45,517 bases of DNA, taken from positions 1 through 45,517 of the forward strand of contig CAZNTP010000001.1 in NCBI GenBank assembly GCA_964575985.1. Direction: 5' to 3'. Source of the DNA: an uncultured Ruminococcus sp. (GTDB lineage Bacteria > Bacillota > Clostridia > Oscillospirales > Acutalibacteraceae). Position numbers and translations under genes: made by a program. The notes beneath the pieces are model-generated. The model was given only the letters and a program-made list of their open reading frames with translations, ran no database searches and was not told where the DNA came from. Position 1 is the first letter of the stretch. The number at the start of each line of letters is the position of its first letter. Positions 25,977-36,124 of this stretch are shown one piece after another.

Positions 25977-27038
25977 CTACTCTTTAAGTATACAACCTAT
26001 ATTTCCCTCAATTATGCAGTTGGTATTATTTTCTTCTATAAGATTGTCAATAAGCGCACCGTTGTGCATTGCATTTTCCTTAACTATTGTATTCTCGCAA
26101 TTTTTAATAATCAGGCCGTAATCGGGGCTTACGGGAAGTGTCCCGCCATCGCCTGCGCCCACCTTCATAGTGTTACCCACAAGAACACAGCCTGTGCAAC
26201 CGTCCATAATTACGTGCGAGCTCTTTAAAGGGTCGGTATGGGGTTTATCCACATAACAACCGCCACGTCTGAAAATATTACCCGTAATAGTGGCAAGGTT
26301 AGGACCAACGCCATCCTTACCTAACTCTAAAGCCGGACCGAATGTGCGGTCAAAGAAATTACCTGTAATATTGAAACTGTCTCCCCTCGGGAATATAAAT
26401 CCGCCCTTTTTATTCCATTCAACACGGTTACCCGTGGCTGTAATAGCGGCAACATATCCACTTACGGTAATACCACCACTGCCATTATTAGCAAACCAGT
26501 TATCTGTAAGAAAAGCATCCCATCCACTGAAATTAAGTCCCGCGCCGCCATTGGTAATAATAAGGCATCGCCTTACAGAGAAACACCAGATATGGTCAAA
26601 ATGCAGACCGTCTCCCGAGAAAAGCGATATTCTGCAATCGTCTATATTAGGTGTATCCTCTTGACCGCCGCCGTTTGCCACGGGCCACTGGAGTCTTATT
26701 CCGTGAATATTCTTTCCAAGCTTTTTGCCATTAAAAGACATACCGCTTATCTTACAACCAAATGCTCCGCTTATATCAAGCAGACACTCAGCATTTTCAT
26801 TTGTCAGAATAAAAGCAGAAGCACCGTCATTACGGTAGGTCCAGGAGGAACAACCCTCCAAGGAAACACCCTCACCGCGAAGCTTAAGGTCTCCTTTAAC
26901 ATTATACCTGCCGGGCGGAACTACTATTTTTCCCATACAGTCACGTGCGGCATCCATAGCCTTTTGTATGGCTTCGGTACAATCGGCAACACCGTCACCT
27001 ATTGCGCCGAATTCGGTAATGTCAAATACATTTTTCAT
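25977..27038 (-). CDS. Right-handed parallel beta-helix protein (pectate-lyase-3 / GH28-GH55-like fold), no signal peptide
   Basis: The ORF track extends to 27224, but that stretch overlaps the upstream gene. The ATG at 27036-27038 (MKNVFDITEFGAIGDGVADCTEAIQKAMDAA, a typical N-terminus for this family) has GGTGGGGA upstream and leaves a 25-nt gap. Repetitive G-x-x-I/V-x-N beta-helix rungs follow. Confidence 0.7.
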   Translation of the reverse strand: MKNVFDITEFGAIGDGVADCTEAIQKAMDAARDCMGKIVVPPGRYNVKGDLKLRGEGVSLEGCSSWTYRNDGASAFILTNENAECLLDISGAFGCKISGMSFNGKKLGKNIHGIRLQWPVANGGGQEDTPNIDDCRISLFSGDGLHFDHIWCFSVRRCLIITNGGAGLNFSGWDAFLTDNWFANNGSGGITVSGYVAAITATGNRVEWNKKGGFIFPRGDSFNITGNFFDRTFGPALELGKDGVGPNLATITGNIFRRGGCYVDKPHTDPLKSSHVIMDGCTGCVLVGNTMKVGAGDGGTLPVSPDYGLIIKNCENTIVKENAMHNGALIDNLIEENNTNCIIEGNIGCILKE

Positions 27039-27063
27039 TGTTATCCCCACCGTTCCGATTAAC

Positions 27064-27969
27064 TTACTCTTCAAAACAATTATACTGTGTAAGTATAAAT
27101 TTACCAATATCATAAAGTATAGCTTCAAATCTTTTTCTGAATTCCACAGGCAGCTGCAAGCAACGTGTATCACATTTAAATTTACGACGCCTGAATACTC
27201 CGTAAGGCACGTTATCGGACTCAAAGGTAAAATAACCGTTATAGCCTATATCTATTAATCCGTGCATTACCGAATCTATATTGGTAATACCCATAAACGG
27301 CATTATATGATGGTCATCATTACCCATATTATCCTGAATATGAAGTGCCAAAACATCCTTGCCTAAAATTTTTAAGGCCTCGTGTTGAGGTAATTCCTGT
27401 AAATTTCCGTGACCTACATCCCAACAACCTTTAAGAAGCGGGTGATTAATATAATCTATCAATGATTTTTGGTCTTCAGCAGAGTCTACCCAATAACAAC
27501 CCGGAACACACATTTTATTGAAATTTTCAGTAAGAATGGTTATTCCTGATTTTTCAGCAACTTTAAGTAAATCCTCATAAAAAATCTTGTTTTTATAAAA
27601 GGTTTCTTCCTTACTCAAACCGGTTTGGTAACCGGAGTGAACCACGATATTAGGTATACCCAAATAGGCCGCCGCTTCTATGCTTCGCTTAGTATCGAGA
27701 ATAAATTGCTCATACTCACCATCCATAACCAATGGTCTGCCCATTGGTGAATGAGCCTGAACAAAGCTAACCCCTAGCTTTTGGGCAAAATCCTTTAGTT
27801 CATTGCCATACGCTTTCCAATCGTCGCTATAAAAGCCTGTACGGGTTCTGCAATCTAACCCAAAAGAATAATCTATGTATTTAAAACCCGCTTCTCTTAT
27901 GGCGGCAATACTTTCTTTTGCATTAAAACCGTATGCCGCGAAATCACCTGTGGTTGTTGCCAATTTCAT
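27064..27969 (-). CDS. Sugar phosphate isomerase/epimerase (xylose-isomerase-like TIM barrel)
   Basis: 301-aa ORF with the family pattern: AGFKYIDYSF, VQAHSP, IVVHSG, ILTENF, WDVGHGN. Confidence 0.7.
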   Translation of the reverse strand: MKLATTTGDFAAYGFNAKESIAAIREAGFKYIDYSFGLDCRTRTGFYSDDWKAYGNELKDFAQKLGVSFVQAHSPMGRPLVMDGEYEQFILDTKRSIEAAAYLGIPNIVVHSGYQTGLSKEETFYKNKIFYEDLLKVAEKSGITILTENFNKMCVPGCYWVDSAEDQKSLIDYINHPLLKGCWDVGHGNLQELPQHEALKILGKDVLALHIQDNMGNDDHHIMPFMGITNIDSVMHGLIDIGYNGYFTFESDNVPYGVFRRRKFKCDTRCLQLPVEFRKRFEAILYDIGKFILTQYNCFEE

Positions 27970-28000
27970 TTTTAATCACCGTCATCTTTACAGATTTTGA

Positions 28001-28987
28001 TTATCCTGTAATACCAACGCGGTCGATACTTTCAATAAACCAGCGCTGTAAAATCATATAAACTATAAGCATAGGTGTTACAAAAAGCACACAGCCAGCC
28101 ATCTGGAATGCCATTGTTTCGGGAGTTTCGGGGTTCATATAATAGCCCTTGGTCGAAAGCGCTGTGGGCAACAAATCAAGCTTCATAGCAAGCGGATAAT
28201 CATCGTTAAGATACATTGAGCAAAGCTGATAATCATTCCAATGCCATATAAGTGAGAACACAACTACTGTTATAATTACAACACCCGAAGACGGCAATGC
28301 TATACGAAGGAAGGTTTTAACAGGGCCTGCGCCGTCAATCCAAGCCGCCTCTTCAAGCTCTTTGGGGAAGCCTGAAAAGAACTGTATATATATGAATATT
28401 ATTACACCTGACCTTAATCCCATTGAGAATATAGAGGGCAAATAAAATGCCGCCGCGCTACCAAGAATATTAGGTCTTAAATCAATGCCTGTCAGTTTAT
28501 CGAACAACCCTAAGATACCTAAAACATCCATTTTAGAGTAATTTGCCATTCGGGGAATAAGCACCATCATATCTGGAACCAGAATTGTAAGGAATAATAT
28601 ACCGAGCATTATACCCTTACCCTTAAACTTAAAGCGCGCAAAGCCGTAGGCGGTAAAGGCGCAAGCCGCAACCTCAATAAGAGCGCTTATAATTTCATAA
28701 ATAAAGGTTGATTTAAGCGCTTTTCCGTAGTCGAGAAGCTCAATTGCTATGTCATAATTGAACTTGGGACTTATAGCCTCGGGAATCCAGACTCTAGTTG
28801 AGTTAAAGAAACCGTTACGGCTTACAAGAGAGGTCACCACCATATAAAGCAGGGGATAAATAATAACAAAGCCTATAGATATAAGAAGTATCATTCTGAA
28901 AGCAAACATTGCCGTGTTTGGCAAATTGCGCTTTAGGGTCTCTTTATTAAGGTTTAAGGAGATTTTTTTGTTGTTAAATAAGCTCAT
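28001..28987 (-). CDS. Carbohydrate ABC transporter permease (pair 2, MalG-like)
   Basis: 328-aa ORF with 6 TM segments and the EAA loop EEAAWIDGAGPVKTFLRIALP. Confidence 0.85.
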   Translation of the reverse strand: MSLFNNKKISLNLNKETLKRNLPNTAMFAFRMILLISIGFVIIYPLLYMVVTSLVSRNGFFNSTRVWIPEAISPKFNYDIAIELLDYGKALKSTFIYEIISALIEVAACAFTAYGFARFKFKGKGIMLGILFLTILVPDMMVLIPRMANYSKMDVLGILGLFDKLTGIDLRPNILGSAAAFYLPSIFSMGLRSGVIIFIYIQFFSGFPKELEEAAWIDGAGPVKTFLRIALPSSGVVIITVVVFSLIWHWNDYQLCSMYLNDDYPLAMKLDLLPTALSTKGYYMNPETPETMAFQMAGCVLFVTPMLIVYMILQRWFIESIDRVGITG

Positions 28988-28999
28988 ATTATCCCCTCC

Positions 29000-29896
29000 T
29001 TAATTCCAACGGTTTTGAAGGAATTTTTTGTAAACAAATACAATCAATCCCATTATTGTGCCAACTACTAAGAAATAGAACCACATCATAGCAGAGGTTT
29101 CGTCATAAACAGCGGCACGCATTAAACTGTAAACCTTTACAACCAAAACATTATTATTGCTTACAAACAGTTCTACCATTGTATAAACCATAACAAGCAA
29201 TGTAACATTTGAAAGCATTGGGAAGGTTATAAACCAAAATTCCTCCCACTTAGTAGCGCCCTCTACCTTACTTGCCTCATAAAGCGTTGAAGGTATAGAC
29301 TGAAGACCCGCTAAGAAAAGTACGGTCTGAATACCGCTGTTCCATATAAGGTCAAATATATTGCTTATTATCTTTTGAACATATTCAGCCACTTGAGCCG
29401 GTAGGTCAAGTATAGATATAATATCCTGAACACTGAACATTCCGCCCGATACCGATTCTGAAACGGATGAGCTTGTCATATCGTCGCCCGCCATACCGGA
29501 AATCAGCTCTATTACTACACCCGAAGCTATAATTACGGGCATAAAATAGAGGGCTCTAAAAAACAGTCTGCCTCTGAATTTCTGGTTAAGCAAAAGTGCC
29601 AGTACCATACTGAGCAATACAATAATCGGCAAGGAATAAACAAAATTTGTAACCGATTTTGTAAGCCAGTTAATATAATCGGTATGCTCGGCAACTATGT
29701 ACTTATAGTTTTTAATACCTACCCAAAGAGTTTGAACACCGTCTTCTGTGATAGACATTTGAGAAAAAGAATAAATTATTGACTGAATAACCGGTATTGC
29801 AAAGAAAAGCACTACACCCACTACCCAGGATGAAATAAAGAACCATCCGTAGCGGGCCTTAATCTCTTCAATACCTCTGTATTTTTTCTTTTTCAT
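29000..29896 (-). CDS. Carbohydrate ABC transporter permease (pair 2, MalF-like) with an unusual S-rich periplasmic insert
   Basis: 298-aa ORF with the EAA loop [21 protein letters not shown]. Its ATG overlaps the stop of the upstream gene (TAATG at 29894-29898). Confidence 0.85.
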   Translation of the reverse strand: MKKKKYRGIEEIKARYGWFFISSWVVGVVLFFAIPVIQSIIYSFSQMSITEDGVQTLWVGIKNYKYIVAEHTDYINWLTKSVTNFVYSLPIIVLLSMVLALLLNQKFRGRLFFRALYFMPVIIASGVVIELISGMAGDDMTSSSVSESVSGGMFSVQDIISILDLPAQVAEYVQKIISNIFDLIWNSGIQTVLFLAGLQSIPSTLYEASKVEGATKWEEFWFITFPMLSNVTLLVMVYTMVELFVSNNNVLVVKVYSLMRAAVYDETSAMMWFYFLVVGTIMGLIVFVYKKFLQNRWN

Positions 29897-32142
29897 TACT
29901 TCGCCCCCTCTATAAGAAAGCTTTTTGCAGGAATTTTGCCTGCAGCGTCTGATATTTCATTATCAGAATAATTCACATAAACAGTAACTCCGTTAGAGAA
30001 TTCTGTTTTACGAATACCCGATTCTAAAATAGTGTGATTTACAATTTCACTGTCTGCTATTTTTTCATAGTAGTCGGAAAGTGACTTGTAATTTTCAATT
30101 ACTGTATCCTTTATATCGCTATATAGACTATTGTAAAAAATAGGGGAAACACTGTCAAGCAGTACGGTATCATAATCTGCAATCAGTGTATAGCTTAAAC
30201 CGCAACCGCTCTCAACCGCACGCAAAAGCTGTAAATCGGGTTCGGCTACCAGATTTACGCTCTCAGCCGAAAGCGAGGTTCTGCCTCTGAATACCATCTG
30301 GTAAAGCGGAATATCTTCATCAAAAATAAATGCTTTTGATGAAACGGTAGGCGCACCTATAACCGCATCTGATTTTGCCGCCGCAAAGGCATTGGCATCT
30401 TCAGTAATAATTTTTTTGTTTTCGGCTTTAATACTGTCTATTATACCGATAACCTGATTTGCAAAGCCTTCCTTTGCATAATATTCTACCGATTCCTTAT
30501 TACTGTAATCGGAATATACCATATTTGAAAGTGAGGTAAGACCCACGCCCGAAAGCTCTAGTTTTTCGGCCGCATTGAGAACGTCCTCTCCGACATCTGT
30601 AAAGCGGTCGCGGGCTAAAAGCGATAATGCGTTTTCGGTTTCTCTGCCCAAAACTGCGATATCAAACCTATAATCCTTTGCAGGCTTACGGTTAGCTCTT
30701 ATAGCCGCATCAAAATATGATTTGTAGCCGTTAGCAGACTGGTTAAAGCTAACAGTATTAAAATCAAAATAAAAATCTGTGCCGTTATTCTTGCAAAGCT
30801 CCATTACCTGCCCGAGTTCTTTTGCTTTGCCAAGCTTAGAATCTATTTTGAAATTACCCGCAAGCTTATTAGAGTCAATTCCGTTTTCAGTAAAGCCTTT
30901 AAGGGTTACGTTTGAAACATCAAGACCTTTTTCCTTAAGCTCATTAAGAATATCGCCTACCTGCGATATTGTAGTTGTTGGGAAAAGTGTCTTATAAGGA
31001 ATACCCAAAAATGACTTTACGGTCATAGTGCCGCCAATAAATGTGAGGTCAAGCTTTGAAGAAGCGGCCGCCTTGGCTTCGCCCATAGTTTTATCAAGAT
31101 AATTACGGTAGGTCTCTGCCATAGCACTATAGTTAGCCTTTTCATTCTCTAAGGGATAGAAACCGATTGTAAGCGGAGTTTCTATCATATTATCGGCATA
31201 AACCGAGCCCTCATAATATCTGTTGTTATAAAGTTCTTTTATGTTTGCGGTATATCCGCGAAGCTGATATGTGGTATAAACCGAGCTATAGCCAATAGAG
31301 GTTGAGCCCACTGTCATTTTAAGAAGAGAAGACTCTGCCCCCTGCTCTATTATGCCGGCTACAGCGGTTGTTGCCGTTTTTACACCGAAAAGCGGTAATC
31401 TGATTGCTTTTTCGGTGGTAATTTTGTCCCACACCTCTTTGGAGTAGTCGATGCCGTAAACCTCTGCCTCATAAGCTTCACCGGGTTGTGAAATTTCTTT
31501 AGCATATACAAGTGCTCCCGAGCCTGAGGGATAAACCAAATAGCCGTCTGTTGCGCTATTTTCTACCGAACAGAAGAAGGGCGCCACCGCCACAGAAATG
31601 AGCATATTCTCATTTTCCTCTATTTCCTTAGGGTTAACGGTAATTGCCACACTGTCCTCTCTGAGAGAGTATTCAACCGGCACCATAATCTGTGCATCAT
31701 CAAAATAATACTTAATTTTGATGCCGTTTTCTATCTCCTCAGCAACGGTGCGGCCTCCCTTTACAGCCGCGTTATAAGAAATAAGCTGTGAGGTTATATT
31801 TTTTTCAACATCAAGGTAGTCAATAATTAATACAGACTCAACCTGTGGATGCCTTTTAATAGGCATACCGAACTCATCAAACTGCTGTTCACCCGAAGCT
31901 ATAGGATTAGTACCGTAAACTGCACCTGTTTTCAAATTTGTAAGGGTTATGCCCATTGTAGTTTCATTAAGCTCCAGCTTAAAATTTTCATTTTCTGCTA
32001 TAACGGTGTCAGAAACCGATGCCGATTCCGTCTTATCATCGAAGGAATTCTTTTTTAGCACGGTCTTGCCCGAGCAACCGCAAAGCATTGTTAAAACCAA
32101 TGTAAATATACAAACTGACGAAATAAATCTTTGCCAATTCAA
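29896..32142 (-). CDS. Large lipoprotein of unknown function (748 aa)
   Basis: TTG start (rc of 32140-32142) 8 nt after AGGAGG. Signal peptide plus lipobox (LTMLCGCSG). I could find no catalytic or binding motif. It is translationally coupled to the downstream permease. Confidence 0.75.
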   Translation of the reverse strand: MNWQRFISSVCIFTLVLTMLCGCSGKTVLKKNSFDDKTESASVSDTVIAENENFKLELNETTMGITLTNLKTGAVYGTNPIASGEQQFDEFGMPIKRHPQVESVLIIDYLDVEKNITSQLISYNAAVKGGRTVAEEIENGIKIKYYFDDAQIMVPVEYSLREDSVAITVNPKEIEENENMLISVAVAPFFCSVENSATDGYLVYPSGSGALVYAKEISQPGEAYEAEVYGIDYSKEVWDKITTEKAIRLPLFGVKTATTAVAGIIEQGAESSLLKMTVGSTSIGYSSVYTTYQLRGYTANIKELYNNRYYEGSVYADNMIETPLTIGFYPLENEKANYSAMAETYRNYLDKTMGEAKAAASSKLDLTFIGGTMTVKSFLGIPYKTLFPTTTISQVGDILNELKEKGLDVSNVTLKGFTENGIDSNKLAGNFKIDSKLGKAKELGQVMELCKNNGTDFYFDFNTVSFNQSANGYKSYFDAAIRANRKPAKDYRFDIAVLGRETENALSLLARDRFTDVGEDVLNAAEKLELSGVGLTSLSNMVYSDYSNKESVEYYAKEGFANQVIGIIDSIKAENKKIITEDANAFAAAKSDAVIGAPTVSSKAFIFDEDIPLYQMVFRGRTSLSAESVNLVAEPDLQLLRAVESGCGLSYTLIADYDTVLLDSVSPIFYNSLYSDIKDTVIENYKSLSDYYEKIADSEIVNHTILESGIRKTEFSNGVTVYVNYSDNEISDAAGKIPAKSFLIEGAK

Positions 32143-32158
32143 AAGTAATTCCTCCTAT

Positions 32159-34270
32159 CTATGATATTAATTCAAGAAAAACGGTTACGGCGAAGCCGCC
32201 TATTTGCTGAATAAGCATTCCTACCAGAATCATAAGGAACACTAAAACCGCCAACCAAGCAATACTTAAAACACTTGTGCCGATAAGTCTCGACATACTG
32301 AAATCGTGTATTTTAATAAGACCGATTATAAGAAGTATTGCGGTAAATCCAATTGCCACCGCATCAAAACCGTCAAGGAACATTGCCTCATTAGGTAATA
32401 ATACATTAGTGAAAATAAGTCTTGCAAATCTTTCTATTATTATAGGTAACAAGCTGTAGCAGGTTACAATGCAAATCTCTCTGAGGGTTCCCTTACCCTG
32501 CATAAGAGTACATATCATCCAGTTGCTGAGTATCCACAAAACAACAAGACCTGCACTACGAACAAGCACCCAAATTGAATTGAAGTTTGCGGGGTCGTAC
32601 TGTGTGAATAAAAATCCGCCGCAAAGCACCTGAATTACGGCTGTTACATAAAACAAGGTAATCAGCACACCGCAAATTATAAGTGAGCCCTGCTTCTTTT
32701 CCTTAATCTCCTCAAAGGTTAAAACAGGATGAATAAGGGTTCTGAACATCAGTCTTACCTGTTTTGATTTTATAAGCTTTATTTGCTTTTTCTTTATAAA
32801 TACCGACAAACCGATAACTGCCGCTATTATAACTACAACCGACAGGAATATCAGCCAAAAATATTCTTTAAGCAAATTCTGGCGATAAAATTCAAAGGCT
32901 ATCTGATAGGTTTCTCTGTCATAACCTATTTTTGCATATTCCATCGCGGCTTTGTAATCACATTCTGTAAGATACGCTCTTGCAATACCGCTGTATGCAG
33001 GCTGGAAATTACGGTCAAGGGCTATAACCTCGTTCCAACCCTCTCGCGCTTCGAGATATTTACCCTCAAGGGTAATATCTATAAGCCCCATAACCTTTTT
33101 GCCGAAATCGGTGATTTTAAAAACTGTAACTGTATTTTTTAGCTTATCTGTAACAAGTACATCTGTGCCGTTAAGGGCTATTGCATTTGCGGCAGAAAAT
33201 GTACCGTCCTGCTGACCGCTACCGAGACCGCCGCCAAATGCAGTAAGCATTCTGCAGGACCTGTCATAAAGGAAAACTCTGCCAAACTGAGATTCAATAC
33301 AGTAAACATAACCCGCATCGTTAACAACAAGACCAACGATATCCTGCTCTATTTGCTTACCGTTATTAAATGTGGTATTAAAGGCATCGTCAACAAAGTT
33401 TGATTCTTCCGAGTTTAAAATATTACTGCCATTACCGGGATTTAGCTTTTTTATCTGTCCCACTCTATCGTAGGTATCTGTTTTACCGGTAGCTGTATAA
33501 ATAAAGTCATTTTTATCAATAACTATGTCTACAAACGAATAAGGCAATGTTCTTGCGCTTGCGCTCTTTTTGGCATTGTTAGGGAACATACGCTCAATAA
33601 TATTTTTAATAGCCGATGCTATTCCCGTTGTAACATCATTAGCACCGTAAAAGCCTGTAAAGCTTTTATCGGGCGCATAAAGAAGCGCACCGTAATACGA
33701 ACCGTCACTCAAAACATAAAGATAGCCGTGTGAATCCATAACAGCCTTTAGGGGCTTAAAGACAAACTCCTCAGGAATAAGCGAAGATTCGGGCAAAAGA
33801 TATACATCTGTAACAGTTCCGTCAGGCTTTATTCTTAAAACCTGAGCCTGCTCGGTATTGCAGACAAAAATTGTTCCGTCTGTATAAACAAACAGACTTT
33901 GTGCGCCTGCAAAGTTATAAACTACACCGTCACTGCCCACAAGCTCGGTAATTTCAGCCAATAATTTATAGTTGTTATCAAGAACTATTATTCTGGATTC
34001 GTTATCAAGAATATAAATTCTGTCATTCCCTGTAACAACATCATTAATCTGTGTGAGGGGCTTAATCCCTAAAGATAACGCATCGATAACAAAATCGGTT
34101 GTGTACATAGGTCGGCTGTAAACAGCCTTTCTTTCCTCACCTATATCCTCCCAATAAGTATAGCTCTCAAAAGGAATCTGATTTGAAGCGGCATTAACAC
34201 CTAAAATGCAGGAGAATAAACATATGAAGGCTAACAGTACCGCAATCAAACGAATTGCTCTTTTAAACAT
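32159..34270 (-). CDS. Membrane protein: signal peptide, NHL-like beta-propeller, TPR-like segment, TM helix, C-terminal Yip1-like multi-pass domain
   Basis: 703-aa ORF with RBS AAGGGGAG. It has repeated blade-like segments (RIYILDNESRIIVLD, GTIFVCNTEQAQVLRI, GYLYVLSDGSYYG, DFIYTATG, GYVYCIESQFGRVFLYD, DVLVTDKLKNTVTVF) and a TPR-like stretch (YSGIARAYLTECDYKAAMEYAKIG). One TM helix is at about aa 468-490, with about 5 more in the last 190 aa. Confidence 0.7.
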   Translation of the reverse strand: MFKRAIRLIAVLLAFICLFSCILGVNAASNQIPFESYTYWEDIGEERKAVYSRPMYTTDFVIDALSLGIKPLTQINDVVTGNDRIYILDNESRIIVLDNNYKLLAEITELVGSDGVVYNFAGAQSLFVYTDGTIFVCNTEQAQVLRIKPDGTVTDVYLLPESSLIPEEFVFKPLKAVMDSHGYLYVLSDGSYYGALLYAPDKSFTGFYGANDVTTGIASAIKNIIERMFPNNAKKSASARTLPYSFVDIVIDKNDFIYTATGKTDTYDRVGQIKKLNPGNGSNILNSEESNFVDDAFNTTFNNGKQIEQDIVGLVVNDAGYVYCIESQFGRVFLYDRSCRMLTAFGGGLGSGQQDGTFSAANAIALNGTDVLVTDKLKNTVTVFKITDFGKKVMGLIDITLEGKYLEAREGWNEVIALDRNFQPAYSGIARAYLTECDYKAAMEYAKIGYDRETYQIAFEFYRQNLLKEYFWLIFLSVVVIIAAVIGLSVFIKKKQIKLIKSKQVRLMFRTLIHPVLTFEEIKEKKQGSLIICGVLITLFYVTAVIQVLCGGFLFTQYDPANFNSIWVLVRSAGLVVLWILSNWMICTLMQGKGTLREICIVTCYSLLPIIIERFARLIFTNVLLPNEAMFLDGFDAVAIGFTAILLIIGLIKIHDFSMSRLIGTSVLSIAWLAVLVFLMILVGMLIQQIGGFAVTVFLELIS

Positions 34271-34283
34271 ACATTTCTCCCCT

Positions 34284-35189
34284 TTACATATCTTTAATGC
34301 CTGCGCTGCTCATAGCCTCTACAACATTGCTCTGAGATATTAAATAAACTATAACAGGCGGGATCATCATAATAGTAGTTATAGCCATAGCGCTACCTGT
34401 TCTTGCAATACCTCCGGCGGTAATCTGGGTTACAATCTGGGGAAGAGTTTTAAGCTCTTCATTGAAAATTGTACCGTTAGGAATTGCCGCCCAGATATCA
34501 CGGAAAGCAAAAAGGGTAACCGTAAGCCACGCAGGTTTTATAATAGGCATTATAATCTGCCAGAAAATTCTGATGTAACCTGCACCGTCTATTTTTGCGG
34601 CTTCCATCAAAGCATCAGGCACATAGCCCTCAATATACTGCTTTATAAGGAATACACCCAATGTACCTGCCAATTGCGGTAAAATATATACCCAATATGT
34701 ATCCACTAACCGAAGCTTTGAGAATATAAGGTACTGCGGAACCGAAAGCACATAAGAGTTAAACATAAGCGCAAACTGAATTATAAGGAATATAAAGCCC
34801 TTGCACTTATATGTACCCTTAGCAAGCGAAAATGCCGCCATTGCCGAAAAAACAATATTAAGCACCGATGTAACAGCTGTTATAAACAAGCTGTTGAAAA
34901 CATAACGCGAAAGCGGCACCGAAAGGCTTGAAAGCAAGGTCGGTAATACTACATAGTTTTCGGTGGTGGGTCTGCGCACTGTGAAAAGTGTCGGAGGGAA
35001 AATAAGTAATTCATCAATAGGCTTAAACGATGTAACCACCGCATAAATAAGGGGTAGCATACTGAAAAGACCTGTTGCGATTATAAAAGCAAAGCAAACA
35101 AAATTACCAAATTTTGAACGGGTAAAGCGGTTTGCATTAGGCTTTTTAGGATTAGCTAATCTGTATTTATAATAAAGCTTCTTAAACAT
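34284..35189 (-). CDS. Carbohydrate ABC transporter permease (pair 1, LplC/MalG-like)
   Basis: 301-aa ORF with 6 TM segments and the EAA loop MEAAKIDGAGYIRIFWQIIMP. Confidence 0.85.
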   Translation of the reverse strand: MFKKLYYKYRLANPKKPNANRFTRSKFGNFVCFAFIIATGLFSMLPLIYAVVTSFKPIDELLIFPPTLFTVRRPTTENYVVLPTLLSSLSVPLSRYVFNSLFITAVTSVLNIVFSAMAAFSLAKGTYKCKGFIFLIIQFALMFNSYVLSVPQYLIFSKLRLVDTYWVYILPQLAGTLGVFLIKQYIEGYVPDALMEAAKIDGAGYIRIFWQIIMPIIKPAWLTVTLFAFRDIWAAIPNGTIFNEELKTLPQIVTQITAGGIARTGSAMAITTIMMIPPVIVYLISQSNVVEAMSSAGIKDM

Positions 35190-35198
35190 CTATACCAC

Positions 35199-36110
35199 CT
35201 ACTTACTTACCATATTCAAAACTTTGCCGATAATATATCTTGTTGTTGCCATTAAAGCAAACAAAACAACCGCTATTGAAGAAGCATAGCCCAGCTCATA
35301 TCTGACCGTTGCCATATCCGACATATGCGTAACAATGGTATCAACCGTGTGCTGAACACTGGGGTAGCCCGCAAGCTCTACAGCAACAGCGCTTATAGAG
35401 AAGCTGCTTTGAATCTGCATAACCGCACTGAAAAGCAGCATGTGTGACATTGAAGGCAATGTAATATATCTTAGCTCTTGCCAACGGCTACGAATACCGT
35501 CAATAGCGCCGGCTTCATATAAATCGCGGTTTACATTCTGAAGACCCGAAATATTCGAAAGGAAGGAAACACCGAGACTTTGCCATAGTTGTACAATTAT
35601 AACTATAGTAAAGAGATAATCGGGGCTTTTAAGCCAGGTAATAGGCTCGGTAATAATACCCACCGATAAAAGCAGGCTGTTAATATAACCGTAGCTGTCA
35701 CCCGAAAAGGCAATTTTCCAAATGAAATATGCGTTACCTACAAGGGACGGCGCATAAAACATAAACGAGAAAAGGGTTCTAAGTCCTGTGGAAAACTCAT
35801 TTACAAGCCAAGCAAAAAGGAAGGCCAGCAAAAAGCCCGCAGGACCTACAACAACCGCAAGCGCTACGGTATTCTTTAATACCGTCATAAACACATCGTC
35901 TTCAACAAACATACGCATATAGTTTCCAATGTTTATGAATTTAGGCATAGAAAGCATATCATATGAGGTGAAGCTTAAAACAATAGAAGAAAGTATCGGT
36001 AAAACCGTAAATACAAGGAAAAAGGTGAAAAACGGAGCTAACAGCAATAGCATAGGTAGCTGTTCATATTTTCCGCTTGTACTTTTTTTAATAACTTTTG
36101 TATTTTTCAT
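35199..36110 (-). CDS. Carbohydrate ABC transporter permease (pair 1, LplB/MalF-like)
   Basis: 303-aa ORF with the EAA loop YEAGAIDGIRSRWQELRYITLP. Confidence 0.85.
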   Translation of the reverse strand: MKNTKVIKKSTSGKYEQLPMLLLLAPFFTFFLVFTVLPILSSIVLSFTSYDMLSMPKFINIGNYMRMFVEDDVFMTVLKNTVALAVVVGPAGFLLAFLFAWLVNEFSTGLRTLFSFMFYAPSLVGNAYFIWKIAFSGDSYGYINSLLLSVGIITEPITWLKSPDYLFTIVIIVQLWQSLGVSFLSNISGLQNVNRDLYEAGAIDGIRSRWQELRYITLPSMSHMLLFSAVMQIQSSFSISAVAVELAGYPSVQHTVDTIVTHMSDMATVRYELGYASSIAVVLFALMATTRYIIGKVLNMVSK

Positions 36111-36124
36111 GTAACCTTCCTCCT

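Noticed and set aside
27039-27224. 62-aa N-terminal extension of the beta-helix protein
   Set aside because: It overlaps the 3' end of the upstream isomerase-like gene by 161 nt. The internal ATG at 27038 has an SD and starts the family-typical N-terminus.
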